In this document: positions 7,655 to 16,230 of the stretch, one piece after another
Numbering within the stretch: the stretch's first letter is position 1
How the letters are laid out: each line of letters opens with the position of its first letter
Source of the DNA: Promethearchaeota archaeon
Lineage (GTDB): Archaea; Asgardarchaeota; Lokiarchaeia; Sigyniarchaeales; SOKP01
Length of the DNA: 30,870 nucleotides
Reading direction: 5' to 3'
Assembly (NCBI GenBank): GCA_048941015.1
Contig: JBHLNZ010000032.1
Coordinates: 1-30,870, forward strand
Program-made: the position numbers and the translations under genes
The notes under the pieces: model-generated
Databases searched by the model: none
What the model saw: the letters and a program-made list of their open reading frames with translations, nothing else
Told to the model about the DNA's origin: nothing

Positions 7655-10336
7655 ATGTCTAAAAAAGCATTTGGATCAGGTTATTTTGGTGAGTGGATTG
7701 AGGATGAGCATGGATTACCAGCTTATAGATATACGTGCGATCAAGTAAACGATCCGAAAGCGATTACACCTGTTAACGAAGTATTTCGCTCCAAAACGGA
7801 TCATTCTTTTTTAGTAGGAAATGACCGCTTAGTTGGAGTTGCTTCAAATTATGGGTATATACAGGTAAGACAAGATGAAGGTGGACCCAAATATCTTAAT
7901 GATTATAATCCCGAAGAGCAGCAATATGCGGGAGGTTTTGGATATCTTACCGATGGACATGAATATTTAAGTACTTTTTTTTCAGGCGATACAGAAAATT
8001 ATGAAAGATTCTTTGGGATTGGTTATATGAGAAAAATTGTTAAAAGTCATAATTTTATCGTAGATCAAATTATATACGCTCCTTATGGTGATGATCCAAT
8101 ACTAATTTCACAAGTTAATATTACAAACCAAAAAAAAGTTGCTGTTGACTTGCGTTGGATTGAATATTGGGGTTGCCAAATGTATCAATTTACTTTAAAC
8201 TCATATGGAATAGCTTTAGCTAAAAAGGATCCATCTATTGCAAATCAACATCGTAGAAACATAAATAAGCAATTCACACATAAATTTTCAATTATCAATG
8301 AAAACCAGGGTATTTTAGAAGAGAAATTTCTGAAAGGGAAAAATAATTTAAAAAGAGATAATGATAAAAAAGCCATAAAGAAGGCTTCTTTTGAAGATTG
8401 GAATCCTCCGCCTACATTTTTAATTTCACTTGATGATAAAGCTGATGTTATCAGTACTAATGCTCCTGAGTTTTTTGGAAAAGAAAGCGTTTTGTATCCT
8501 GAGAAAATAAATGATCCTTTAAAATGGGATCTTTCAAGAAATGATGAAAAAAGCGCAATGTTTATCGAACGTAGAATAACTTTAAAACCTAGTCAAGAAA
8601 AAACTTTATATTTTGCATTTGGGTATCTTCCAGATGGGTTTAATCTAAATTCTCTTATTAATAAATATAAAGAAGAAATGTCAATTGCATGGTTGAATTC
8701 ATCAAAAAGCTGGGCTAAAAACACATTATCATTCATTGTATTAGGTGAAGATTGGGTTAATAGAGAAATTTTATGGCACTATTACTACTTACGTGGAGCA
8801 ATGACCTTTGATGACTATTTCCAAGAACATATTTTATCACAAGGTCATGTATATCAATATATAATAGGATTTCAAGGAGCTGCTCGAGATCCTTTGCAAC
8901 ATACCAAACCATTTCTTTTATCTGAACCATCAATTGTAAAAGAGATTCTGAAGTATACATTAAAAGAAGTACAACACGACGGGAGTATACCATATGCAAT
9001 AACAGGATCAGGTATACTTGCGCCATTATCGTATAAACCAAGTGATTTAGAGCTATGGTTATTATGGCTTATTAGTGAATATGTTTTATTAACAAGGGAT
9101 AAATCTTTCCTAGATGAAATGCTTCCAATATATCCTCTTCACGGACGAAAAACTAAAACTTTAAAAGTTCGCGAAATTGTCGAACTTTGTTATCTGCATT
9201 TTACTGAAGTTATCGGAAAGGGTCAACATGGGCTTCAACGTCTTTCGAACGGCGATTGGAATGATACAGTAGTTATCGGTTACGTTCCAGAAGATAAACA
9301 TACTGACATTATCGAAAAAGCTGAAAGTATTTTGAATTCAACCATGGCAGTATTTGTATTGAATTATTATAGCGAAATGCTGACCTTCTTAGGTGAAAAT
9401 GAGAAAGTAAAAGAAATTTTAGAATACAGTAACTCATTAAAAGAAGCTGTTAAAGCACAATGGACCGGTAAATGGTTTAAAAGAGCTTGGTTAACAGATT
9501 CAATTGGCTGGATTGGAGAAGATCAAATATGGTTAGAGCCTCAACCATGGAGTATTATAGCGGGAATAACAGATCTGGAAAAAAACGATATTTTAATCAA
9601 TAATATTAATGAATTAGTACGTAAACCTTCAAATATCGGTGCTATGCTTCATAGCAAAGGATTGACGAATTTAAAGAAATTGTTAGGAGTAGGAACAAAT
9701 GCAGGTATATGGCCCTCAATAAATGGGACATTAATCATGGCTTTATCATTAGTAAATAGAAATATGGCATGGAATGAATGGAAAAAGAATAGTCTTGCAT
9801 TCCATGCAGAAAATTATCCAGATATATGGTATGGTATATGGAGTGGGCCAGATACTTATAATTCTAATCTATCTAAATATCCTGGTCAAACTCTATTTAA
9901 TGAATTTCTTCTTACGGGAAATCCAGAAGATAATGTTGAAGCGCTTACTTCTACAGGATTAAATTTCACTGATTTTCCTGTACTAAATTTACATTCTCAC
10001 GCATGGTTATTATATAATTGTGTTCATTTAATTGGGGCAAAAGTTACTAAGGAAGGTATTGAATTTTCCCCCCTATTACCTAAGGATCATTACGAATTTA
10101 GTTCAAAAATTTTAGGATTCAAAAAGTTGAAAAAAGGGTATAAAGGCTGGTATTATCCTTTAATCAACGGTAATTGGAAAATTACTTTGGTCCTTAATAA
10201 TAATGAATTAAATTCTATTCAATCTTTAATAGTAAACGGTAATCCAAAGAAGTTTGATAAGGATAATAATTCAATTAGTTGGTATGGAACAAGTACAAAA
10301 GATAAGGCCCTTTTTTGGGAAATAAGTTTTTCTTAG
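7655..10336 (+). CDS. GH94-like glycoside phosphorylase/hydrolase, (alpha/alpha)6 barrel
   Basis: 893 aa. GAARDPLQH, SDLELWLLWLISEYV..T.D..FL.E and GQHGL...NGDWND (catalytic-Asp motif of cellobiose/chitobiose phosphorylases). Confidence 0.75.
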   Translation: MSKKAFGSGYFGEWIEDEHGLPAYRYTCDQVNDPKAITPVNEVFRSKTDHSFLVGNDRLVGVASNYGYIQVRQDEGGPKYLNDYNPEEQQYAGGFGYLTDGHEYLSTFFSGDTENYERFFGIGYMRKIVKSHNFIVDQIIYAPYGDDPILISQVNITNQKKVAVDLRWIEYWGCQMYQFTLNSYGIALAKKDPSIANQHRRNINKQFTHKFSIINENQGILEEKFLKGKNNLKRDNDKKAIKKASFEDWNPPPTFLISLDDKADVISTNAPEFFGKESVLYPEKINDPLKWDLSRNDEKSAMFIERRITLKPSQEKTLYFAFGYLPDGFNLNSLINKYKEEMSIAWLNSSKSWAKNTLSFIVLGEDWVNREILWHYYYLRGAMTFDDYFQEHILSQGHVYQYIIGFQGAARDPLQHTKPFLLSEPSIVKEILKYTLKEVQHDGSIPYAITGSGILAPLSYKPSDLELWLLWLISEYVLLTRDKSFLDEMLPIYPLHGRKTKTLKVREIVELCYLHFTEVIGKGQHGLQRLSNGDWNDTVVIGYVPEDKHTDIIEKAESILNSTMAVFVLNYYSEMLTFLGENEKVKEILEYSNSLKEAVKAQWTGKWFKRAWLTDSIGWIGEDQIWLEPQPWSIIAGITDLEKNDILINNINELVRKPSNIGAMLHSKGLTNLKKLLGVGTNAGIWPSINGTLIMALSLVNRNMAWNEWKKNSLAFHAENYPDIWYGIWSGPDTYNSNLSKYPGQTLFNEFLLTGNPEDNVEALTSTGLNFTDFPVLNLHSHAWLLYNCVHLIGAKVTKEGIEFSPLLPKDHYEFSSKILGFKKLKKGYKGWYYPLINGNWKITLVLNNNELNSIQSLIVNGNPKKFDKDNNSISWYGTSTKDKALFWEISFS

Positions 10337-11049
10337 CTTAATTCCTTTTCTAATCTATTTTTAATTTCTTTTAATGCAAAAACCCTAAACTGCTTAGGAT
10401 TGAGGATATCTTTTTTCAACAAAACAGGTTCATAGACCATTTCTGCTTTATGACTATTCATAGCTTTCTGAGATTTAGTAAGATCTGATTCTGCTTTTGC
10501 GACTCCAACGCAGATAGAATAAATATAATAAAAAAGAGCAACAGGATCTTCTACTTTGATCTCATTATCTTGAGCAACTTTTAGGAATGTTTCAATTCCT
10601 TGTTCGATAAATCGGAATGGACGATATTTTTTTTCATAAGGGCCTGGTTCTTTAATGCTACCATCTTTATCTACTGAATGTGGTGGAGCAGGTATAAATT
10701 GCATAATCTGAAAACGAGGATAATCAATACTAGCAAATTCTAAATACTTTTCAATCCATTTCATACAAAAATCAATAAATGACCATTTCTCTTTTTCATA
10801 TTGATTTCTCAATTCATTAAATTCATCTTGATATTCAGATAAACATTTTTGCCTTATTGCTATCCATAATTCTCTTCTACTTTCAACATAATTATAGAGA
10901 TTTGCTTCTGACATACCCAATTTTCTTGATAATTCTCTCATTCCAACTTTTCCTTTTAGAACGTATAAATCCTTTGCGATATTTAAGATTTCATCAAACT
11001 GTTTTTCTTTCTCTGCCCCTCTGGCTCGCTTATTTTTCTTTATACTCAT
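10333..11049 (-). CDS. TetR/AcrR family transcriptional regulator
   Basis: ILNIAKDLY...GMRELSRKLGMSEANLYNYVESRREL is a TetR helix-turn-helix. Confidence 0.9.
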   Translation of the reverse strand: MSIKKNKRARGAEKEKQFDEILNIAKDLYVLKGKVGMRELSRKLGMSEANLYNYVESRRELWIAIRQKCLSEYQDEFNELRNQYEKEKWSFIDFCMKWIEKYLEFASIDYPRFQIMQFIPAPPHSVDKDGSIKEPGPYEKKYRPFRFIEQGIETFLKVAQDNEIKVEDPVALFYYIYSICVGVAKAESDLTKSQKAMNSHKAEMVYEPVLLKKDILNPKQFRVFALKEIKNRLEKELS

Positions 11050-11251
11050 AATTTTGGTCCTTCTAACTTATTTTTCATTTTTATCGAGTTTAATCAAAAA
11101 GCAGATTATTAAATAAGAAAAGTATTTTAGTCCTTTTTATAATTTTTATAGAATTCATATTATTAATGTTCTTAGAAATCAAAAGAATTAAAATAATCTA
11201 ATTTCATAAAGGAGGAATATGAGAAAAAAAATAACATAAAATTGAGTAAAA

Positions 11252-11395
11252 TTAAAGAGTTGAAGAAGGTTTTTTAATATTAACTTTATTTTTATCAGAA
11301 TGAGAAGTATTATTATCTGCAATTTTACTTTTTACGCAATCTTCACAATATTTTAATAATATGTCGGAATTTTTTGTAGGTTTTCGAGAGTCCAT
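11252..11395 (-). CDS. candidate 47-aa small protein with CxxC
   Basis: ATG-started ORF MDSRKPTKNSDILLKYCEDCVKSKIADNNTSHSDKNKVNIKKPSSTL*, in an otherwise empty 557-bp gap. Not in the ORF track. Confidence 0.3.
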   Translation of the reverse strand: MDSRKPTKNSDILLKYCEDCVKSKIADNNTSHSDKNKVNIKKPSSTL

Positions 11396-11606
11396 TTTTG
11401 TTAATTCCGAAAAGTAAATTATGTTAATTAATTATAAACTTTTTTAAATTTAAAGTTATCAAAAAAGTAAAGATATGTACTTCTAACTCTCACATGAAAA
11501 TGAGTTTTATATTTCAAAATTAAGTTAAAAGTTAAGCAATTAATTTTAAAAACCAACAATATAATTATTTTGTTTTATTGAAATACCTTTTCTTTTATGA
11601 TACTAT

Positions 11607-12170
11607 TTAAACATTGAATTCTTCAAAACCTAGGTTCTTTATAAATAGGTAAGCACTTTTATTCTCTTTAGAAACTCGACATCTTAACTCCTTAAGTCCT
11701 TTCTTTTTGAAATAATTCCAGATTTCTAAACCTAATGCCGTACCGAAACCTTTACGTTGAAGATTAGGAATTACACCTAAAGCAGAGATTACCCCAATTT
11801 GATTATTTTCTCCAGTATAATGAATTATAGCAAATCCACAATCTTTATTATTTAGTTTAGCAATTAAAAAAATTACATTGGGATCTTCTATTAATTTTAT
11901 CAAAACTTCTTTAGAAAAAGGCTTATACGGCATTATTGTTGACATCCAAATTTGCTTATGTAGTTCTATAAAAATTTCGACATCTTTTCTAGTCACTTCT
12001 CGTATTTCTACATTTTTTAAAGTTTGATCGAATTTTTTTTTTAAATTTTCTTCAAATTCCCTCGTAATTTTCTTGATAGGAAGTCTCATATGAATATAGC
12101 TTTCATCATCTTTTAAGAGATCTAAAGTTTCTCCTAATGAATGCAAAATGATTGATCTAAACCACTCCAT
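11607..12170 (-). CDS. GNAT N-acetyltransferase (paralog A)
   Basis: LGVIPNLQRKGFGTALG motif A; ends NKSAYLFIKNLGF. ATG at 12170; TTG at 12176 is the alternative. Confidence 0.9.
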   Translation of the reverse strand: MEWFRSIILHSLGETLDLLKDDESYIHMRLPIKKITREFEENLKKKFDQTLKNVEIREVTRKDVEIFIELHKQIWMSTIMPYKPFSKEVLIKLIEDPNVIFLIAKLNNKDCGFAIIHYTGENNQIGVISALGVIPNLQRKGFGTALGLEIWNYFKKKGLKELRCRVSKENKSAYLFIKNLGFEEFNV

Positions 12171-12287
12171 TTTCAAAAAAAATTTGTTAACTATTAAATT
12201 ACCAAATAATCAGAAATTATATTTTTGATTTTTAATTTTTTTAACCTAATTAATTTAATTAAATTAAGAAATTTTAAGATATCTATT

Positions 12288-13688
12288 ATGATAACTAATT
12301 CTGATGTTTTAGTAGTTGGAGCTGGAACCGCTGGAACTTATATAAGTTGGATAATCGCAAAGAAAGGGTATTCTGTAATACTTATTGAGAAAGATAAAAA
12401 AGAAGATGTGGGAAAGAGATTAGATGTTATTCATTTCGAATCTGATCGGATTGAAAAAGCAGGAATACCCCCTTTTAAGATAGGAGACCCTGATTGCATT
12501 GATATTAGAGATATATCATATGTAATAACTCCAGACTTCAAAACAGAATTAAAAATAAGAGCGCTACAAACAATCGTCAGATTAACACCGTTTTTAAATA
12601 AGATGTATAAGTTACTTGAGTCTGATGGTGTTAAAATTGTATTCTCTTGTGAATTTAAAGAGCTTATATATGAAAATGGAAGAATTGTAGGCTTAATCGC
12701 TGAAAAAGATGGAACTTCTATTGAATTTCGATCAAGGTTAGTCATAGATGCATCAGGTAAGCCAGCAGTAGTTAGAACTTTATTACCAAAAAATTATGGT
12801 ATTGAAACTTTCAAATTAGAACCTCAAAATGTAATGTATGTATTATTGCAATATATTAAATGGAAAGACCCTGAAGGACACCATCCTAAAATAGATTCTG
12901 GCTATAATTGGTGGTTATTATGGTTTGGCCCATCTTATGATAAAGATGGGGCAATATTGGGAGTTGGACAACCCGGATCTTATGAAAATGCTAAAAAAGC
13001 TCGAGAGGATTTTCTTAGTAGAGCAAATATTCCCCCTTATGAGATCATAAAGGAAGAAAAGGGATTTACTCCATATAGAAGACCACCATTTTCATTAGTT
13101 GCTGATGGTTTTCTCTGTATAGGAGATGCAGCAGCAATTACTTATCCCTTTTCCGGTCATGGCGTTACTGCAACTTGGGTTTTATGCATGATTGCTACTA
13201 ATATAATTGGAAAAGAATTGAAAACAGAAGGATATATTACCAAAGAACGTCTTTGGGATATAAATGTAAAGTATTTTCGAGATCAAGGTGCCAAATTTGC
13301 AGCATTATTGACACAATTATCTGGCGTTTTAAACTTTAATGAAAAAGAATGGAATTATTTCTTGAAAAAAGGATTAATTTACCAAACTGGGAAAGATGAT
13401 GACATTCCTGAACCAAATAAGGAATATGAAGAAAAAATGAGCGTTGGTGCCATGATAAAATTCCTAATGAAAATCTTATGGGGTTTGATAAAAAGAAAGT
13501 TATCATTAAAAAATATGAAGCGATTGATAAACGCTAATGGTCTTGCCAGTAAAATTCAGAGACACTATGAAAAATTTCCACAAAACTTTGAAGATTTTGA
13601 AGATTGGGTCATCAAAACAAAAGAATTATGGGCACAGAAAAAAGTTGCGGTTAAAAAATTACCCAACGTATCTATTGAATACAATTAA
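12288..13688 (+). CDS. FAD-dependent oxidoreductase, geranylgeranyl reductase-like family
   Basis: DVLVVGAGTAG Rossmann motif, VIDASG, CIGDAAAITYPFSGHGV. ATG at 12288 preferred over TTG at 12225. Confidence 0.85.
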   Translation: MITNSDVLVVGAGTAGTYISWIIAKKGYSVILIEKDKKEDVGKRLDVIHFESDRIEKAGIPPFKIGDPDCIDIRDISYVITPDFKTELKIRALQTIVRLTPFLNKMYKLLESDGVKIVFSCEFKELIYENGRIVGLIAEKDGTSIEFRSRLVIDASGKPAVVRTLLPKNYGIETFKLEPQNVMYVLLQYIKWKDPEGHHPKIDSGYNWWLLWFGPSYDKDGAILGVGQPGSYENAKKAREDFLSRANIPPYEIIKEEKGFTPYRRPPFSLVADGFLCIGDAAAITYPFSGHGVTATWVLCMIATNIIGKELKTEGYITKERLWDINVKYFRDQGAKFAALLTQLSGVLNFNEKEWNYFLKKGLIYQTGKDDDIPEPNKEYEEKMSVGAMIKFLMKILWGLIKRKLSLKNMKRLINANGLASKIQRHYEKFPQNFEDFEDWVIKTKELWAQKKVAVKKLPNVSIEYN

Positions 13689-14269
13689 AATTTCCACGTG
13701 ATAAACTCTGTATCATATTCCTTAAAACCAAGTCCCTTTATGAAGTTATAAGAGATCTTATTATCTCGATAAACTTTACATCTTAGCTCTTTTACATCAT
13801 TTTTTTTAAAATAATCCCATGCTGCCATTCCTAATATCGTTCCTAGTCCTTTTCTCTGAAGTTTTGGAATAATTCCAAGACCAGCTATAACTCCAATTTC
13901 ATCTTTATCTCCAGTAAAATATAAAACAATAAATCCACTATCAATAGATCCAACCTTAGCAATAAAAAACTCAATCTCAGGATCATCAAAAAGCTTTAAA
14001 ATCTTTTCTTTATTTAATTGATGATAAGGCATTGGAGCTGACTTCCATGATTTATCATGCATATTTATAATACTATCAAGGTCATCTGGCTTTGCTTCAC
14101 GAACATCTGCATGAATGATATTGTGTTCTATTTTTTCTTTAAGCTTTTCTTCAAATTCCTGTGTAATATCTTCAACTGGAAGTCTCATTTGAATATAATC
14201 ATAATGACCTTGTGCAGTACGTTTCAATCCCGAAGTAATACTAGAAAAAAAATTTTTAACTTTACCCAT
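13685..14269 (-). CDS. GNAT N-acetyltransferase (paralog B)
   Basis: LGIIPKLQRKGLGTILG and NKISYNFIKGLGF. Clearly paralogous to 11607..12170. Confidence 0.9.
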   Translation of the reverse strand: MGKVKNFFSSITSGLKRTAQGHYDYIQMRLPVEDITQEFEEKLKEKIEHNIIHADVREAKPDDLDSIINMHDKSWKSAPMPYHQLNKEKILKLFDDPEIEFFIAKVGSIDSGFIVLYFTGDKDEIGVIAGLGIIPKLQRKGLGTILGMAAWDYFKKNDVKELRCKVYRDNKISYNFIKGLGFKEYDTEFITWKF

Positions 14270-14418
14270 TTTTAATTAAATCTGCTTTTATTGATATTAT
14301 AGTATTTACTTCTTTTATAAAAAAAGTTTTATTTTAATTCATAATGAATAAAATATTTATATAGCAAGATAAAATAATAGAACTTATCAATACAAAATTA
14401 TTGAAGGAAAGTCTAAAA

Positions 14419-14652
14419 ATGACTCTAAGTTTTATATTTATGAAAGTCAAAGCGGGATTTGTAGAACATGTAATCAAAACATTGTTAGAAATGCCTGAAG
14501 TAAAGGAAGCGCATGGTGTTACAGGAGGTATTGATATAATTGCTAAAATTGAAGCAGATGATATCAATATGATTTCAAAAATTACATTATCAAGAATCCA
14601 TCAAATTGATGGTGTAGAAAGGACAGCAACTCATATTGTTGTGCCATTATGA
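14419..14652 (+). CDS. stand-alone Lrp/AsnC ligand-binding (RAM) domain protein
   Basis: PEVKEAHGVTGGIDIIAKIEA...IDGVERTAT; no HTH. ATG at 14419. Confidence 0.88.
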   Translation: MTLSFIFMKVKAGFVEHVIKTLLEMPEVKEAHGVTGGIDIIAKIEADDINMISKITLSRIHQIDGVERTATHIVVPL

Positions 14653-14707
14653 AAATAAAAAATAATAATTAATTTTTTCCCTTTTTAACAAATTTATCAT
14701 TTTAACG

Positions 14708-15970
14708 TCAAAATACATTACTTTCTTCAACTTCAGCTTCTTTTACTTCATTTAACTTACGTATATTTGTAAAAAAATAGAATATACTGAATATTAAAAA
14801 CGTTAAGATACCACAAATTAAAAATAAATTCCTTGTGCCTATTATTAAAGCTAAGGGTCCTGAAGCCAATGTACCAAGTGGCATTGCAATTAAAGATAAT
14901 GTCGTATCTATTGACACCACTCTACCTACTTTATCTTTTGGTACACTCAAATGAATAATAGTGTAATAGAGTGAATTTACAGTTGGCATTGAAAATCCAA
15001 TCATTGCCATATAAACCCATATTAAAGGAAAGAATCCTAATGGTACTGTTCCCAATAGAGAATACCCTATTGAAGCAATAATATACGCGATAAAAATCAT
15101 ACGCATTTTGTATTTCCATTTTTTCTTAAATGCAGTGATAATCCCCCCTATTAACATACCTATATTGAAAGCAATCGAAACTAGAGAGAAATCTAAAACG
15201 GTGCCCCCATGAACTACTTTTACATAATATGCAGTTAATGTACCTCTTGGTTGATTTAAAAAATTAATAATCATAAATATCATCATCATTCCAAGAATTC
15301 CTGGTATAGCACGAACAATGTTAAGTCCTTCTTTAAAAGCGTGGCTGAATGATATACCTTTCTCATTATCTTTAACTTCTTTGACACTGGGAATCTCAAT
15401 TAGTAATAATGGGACTACAGCAATCAAGAATGTAATTATATCTATCCAAAATGCCTCTTGAACTGCTAGAAATAATAACAAAAATCCCCCTATTATAGGT
15501 CCAGCAACATTAATAAAACTAGTCACTAAAAAGTTTATTCCATTTATCCTACTTAATTTATCTTTTGGGACCATACTTGGAATTATAGCGTTCTCAGTTG
15601 TGAAATGAAAAGTTTGGCATATACTTCGTATCGCAATAAAGATTAATAATGACCAAAATTGGATCAGATTAAACATGAAAAATAATATCAAAATAAAAGT
15701 TGAAAATGCTTGAAGTGAATCTGATATTAGTATTATGCGTTTCCTATTATAATGATCTGTAACTATTCCCGCGATGGGTGATGTAATAGCCATAGAGAGA
15801 ATGAAAGTAAAAAATGTTATTGAGATAGCAATTGGGTCTTCTGTTGTATCGGTAATCCACCATTGTATAGCAAAAAATACTACACTTGAACCCAAAATAG
15901 AAAATAATTGCCCAATCCAAAATATTAAGTAATTTCTAAAAATCTTATTTTCCATTTTAATTTCCAACAA
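14708..15970 (-). CDS. MFS transporter (DHA3/Mef-like efflux family)
   Basis: About 12 hydrophobic segments; WIGQLFSILGS, GIVTDHYNRKRI (motif A), IPSMVPKDKLSRING. Alternative ATG start at 15955. Confidence 0.92.
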   Translation of the reverse strand: MLEIKMENKIFRNYLIFWIGQLFSILGSSVVFFAIQWWITDTTEDPIAISITFFTFILSMAITSPIAGIVTDHYNRKRIILISDSLQAFSTFILILFFMFNLIQFWSLLIFIAIRSICQTFHFTTENAIIPSMVPKDKLSRINGINFLVTSFINVAGPIIGGFLLLFLAVQEAFWIDIITFLIAVVPLLLIEIPSVKEVKDNEKGISFSHAFKEGLNIVRAIPGILGMMMIFMIINFLNQPRGTLTAYYVKVVHGGTVLDFSLVSIAFNIGMLIGGIITAFKKKWKYKMRMIFIAYIIASIGYSLLGTVPLGFFPLIWVYMAMIGFSMPTVNSLYYTIIHLSVPKDKVGRVVSIDTTLSLIAMPLGTLASGPLALIIGTRNLFLICGILTFLIFSIFYFFTNIRKLNEVKEAEVEESNVF

Positions 15971-16230
15971 TTATTCACTTTATTATAAAACGAAAAAAGG
16001 TAATTATCGATATTTCTTTAAGTATAAAATAAACTCTTAAGTTTTTAGTTTATTTTAAAGAATAAATTAATCAGAATAAAATCAAATTAAATATAAAATT
16101 TCGTTTTAATCATGTAATTTACAACATTTATATATTTTTTTAATTAATACTAAATTTATAAAATAATTTTTTATCAATTCTTTACATTTAGTGAAAAAAA
16201 TTTTTCAAAAAAAACCTATAATATTAAATC

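Noticed and set aside
5065-11051. ORFs 5065..5286, 6984..7214, 8757..9041, 9774..9962 and 10857..11051
   Set aside because: Lie inside or almost entirely overlap longer genes with clear family motifs, in alternative frames or antisense; no recognisable motifs.
11209-11239. Strong SD-like AAGGAGG followed by ATG (MRKKIT*)
   Set aside because: Only six codons and no downstream + strand gene to lead; probably chance or part of a minus-strand terminator region.
12288-13688. Calling this gene the archaeal lipid digeranylgeranylglycerophospholipid reductase
   Set aside because: It lacks the PxxYxWxFP motif and the conserved N-terminal Cys; only the family-level call is supported.
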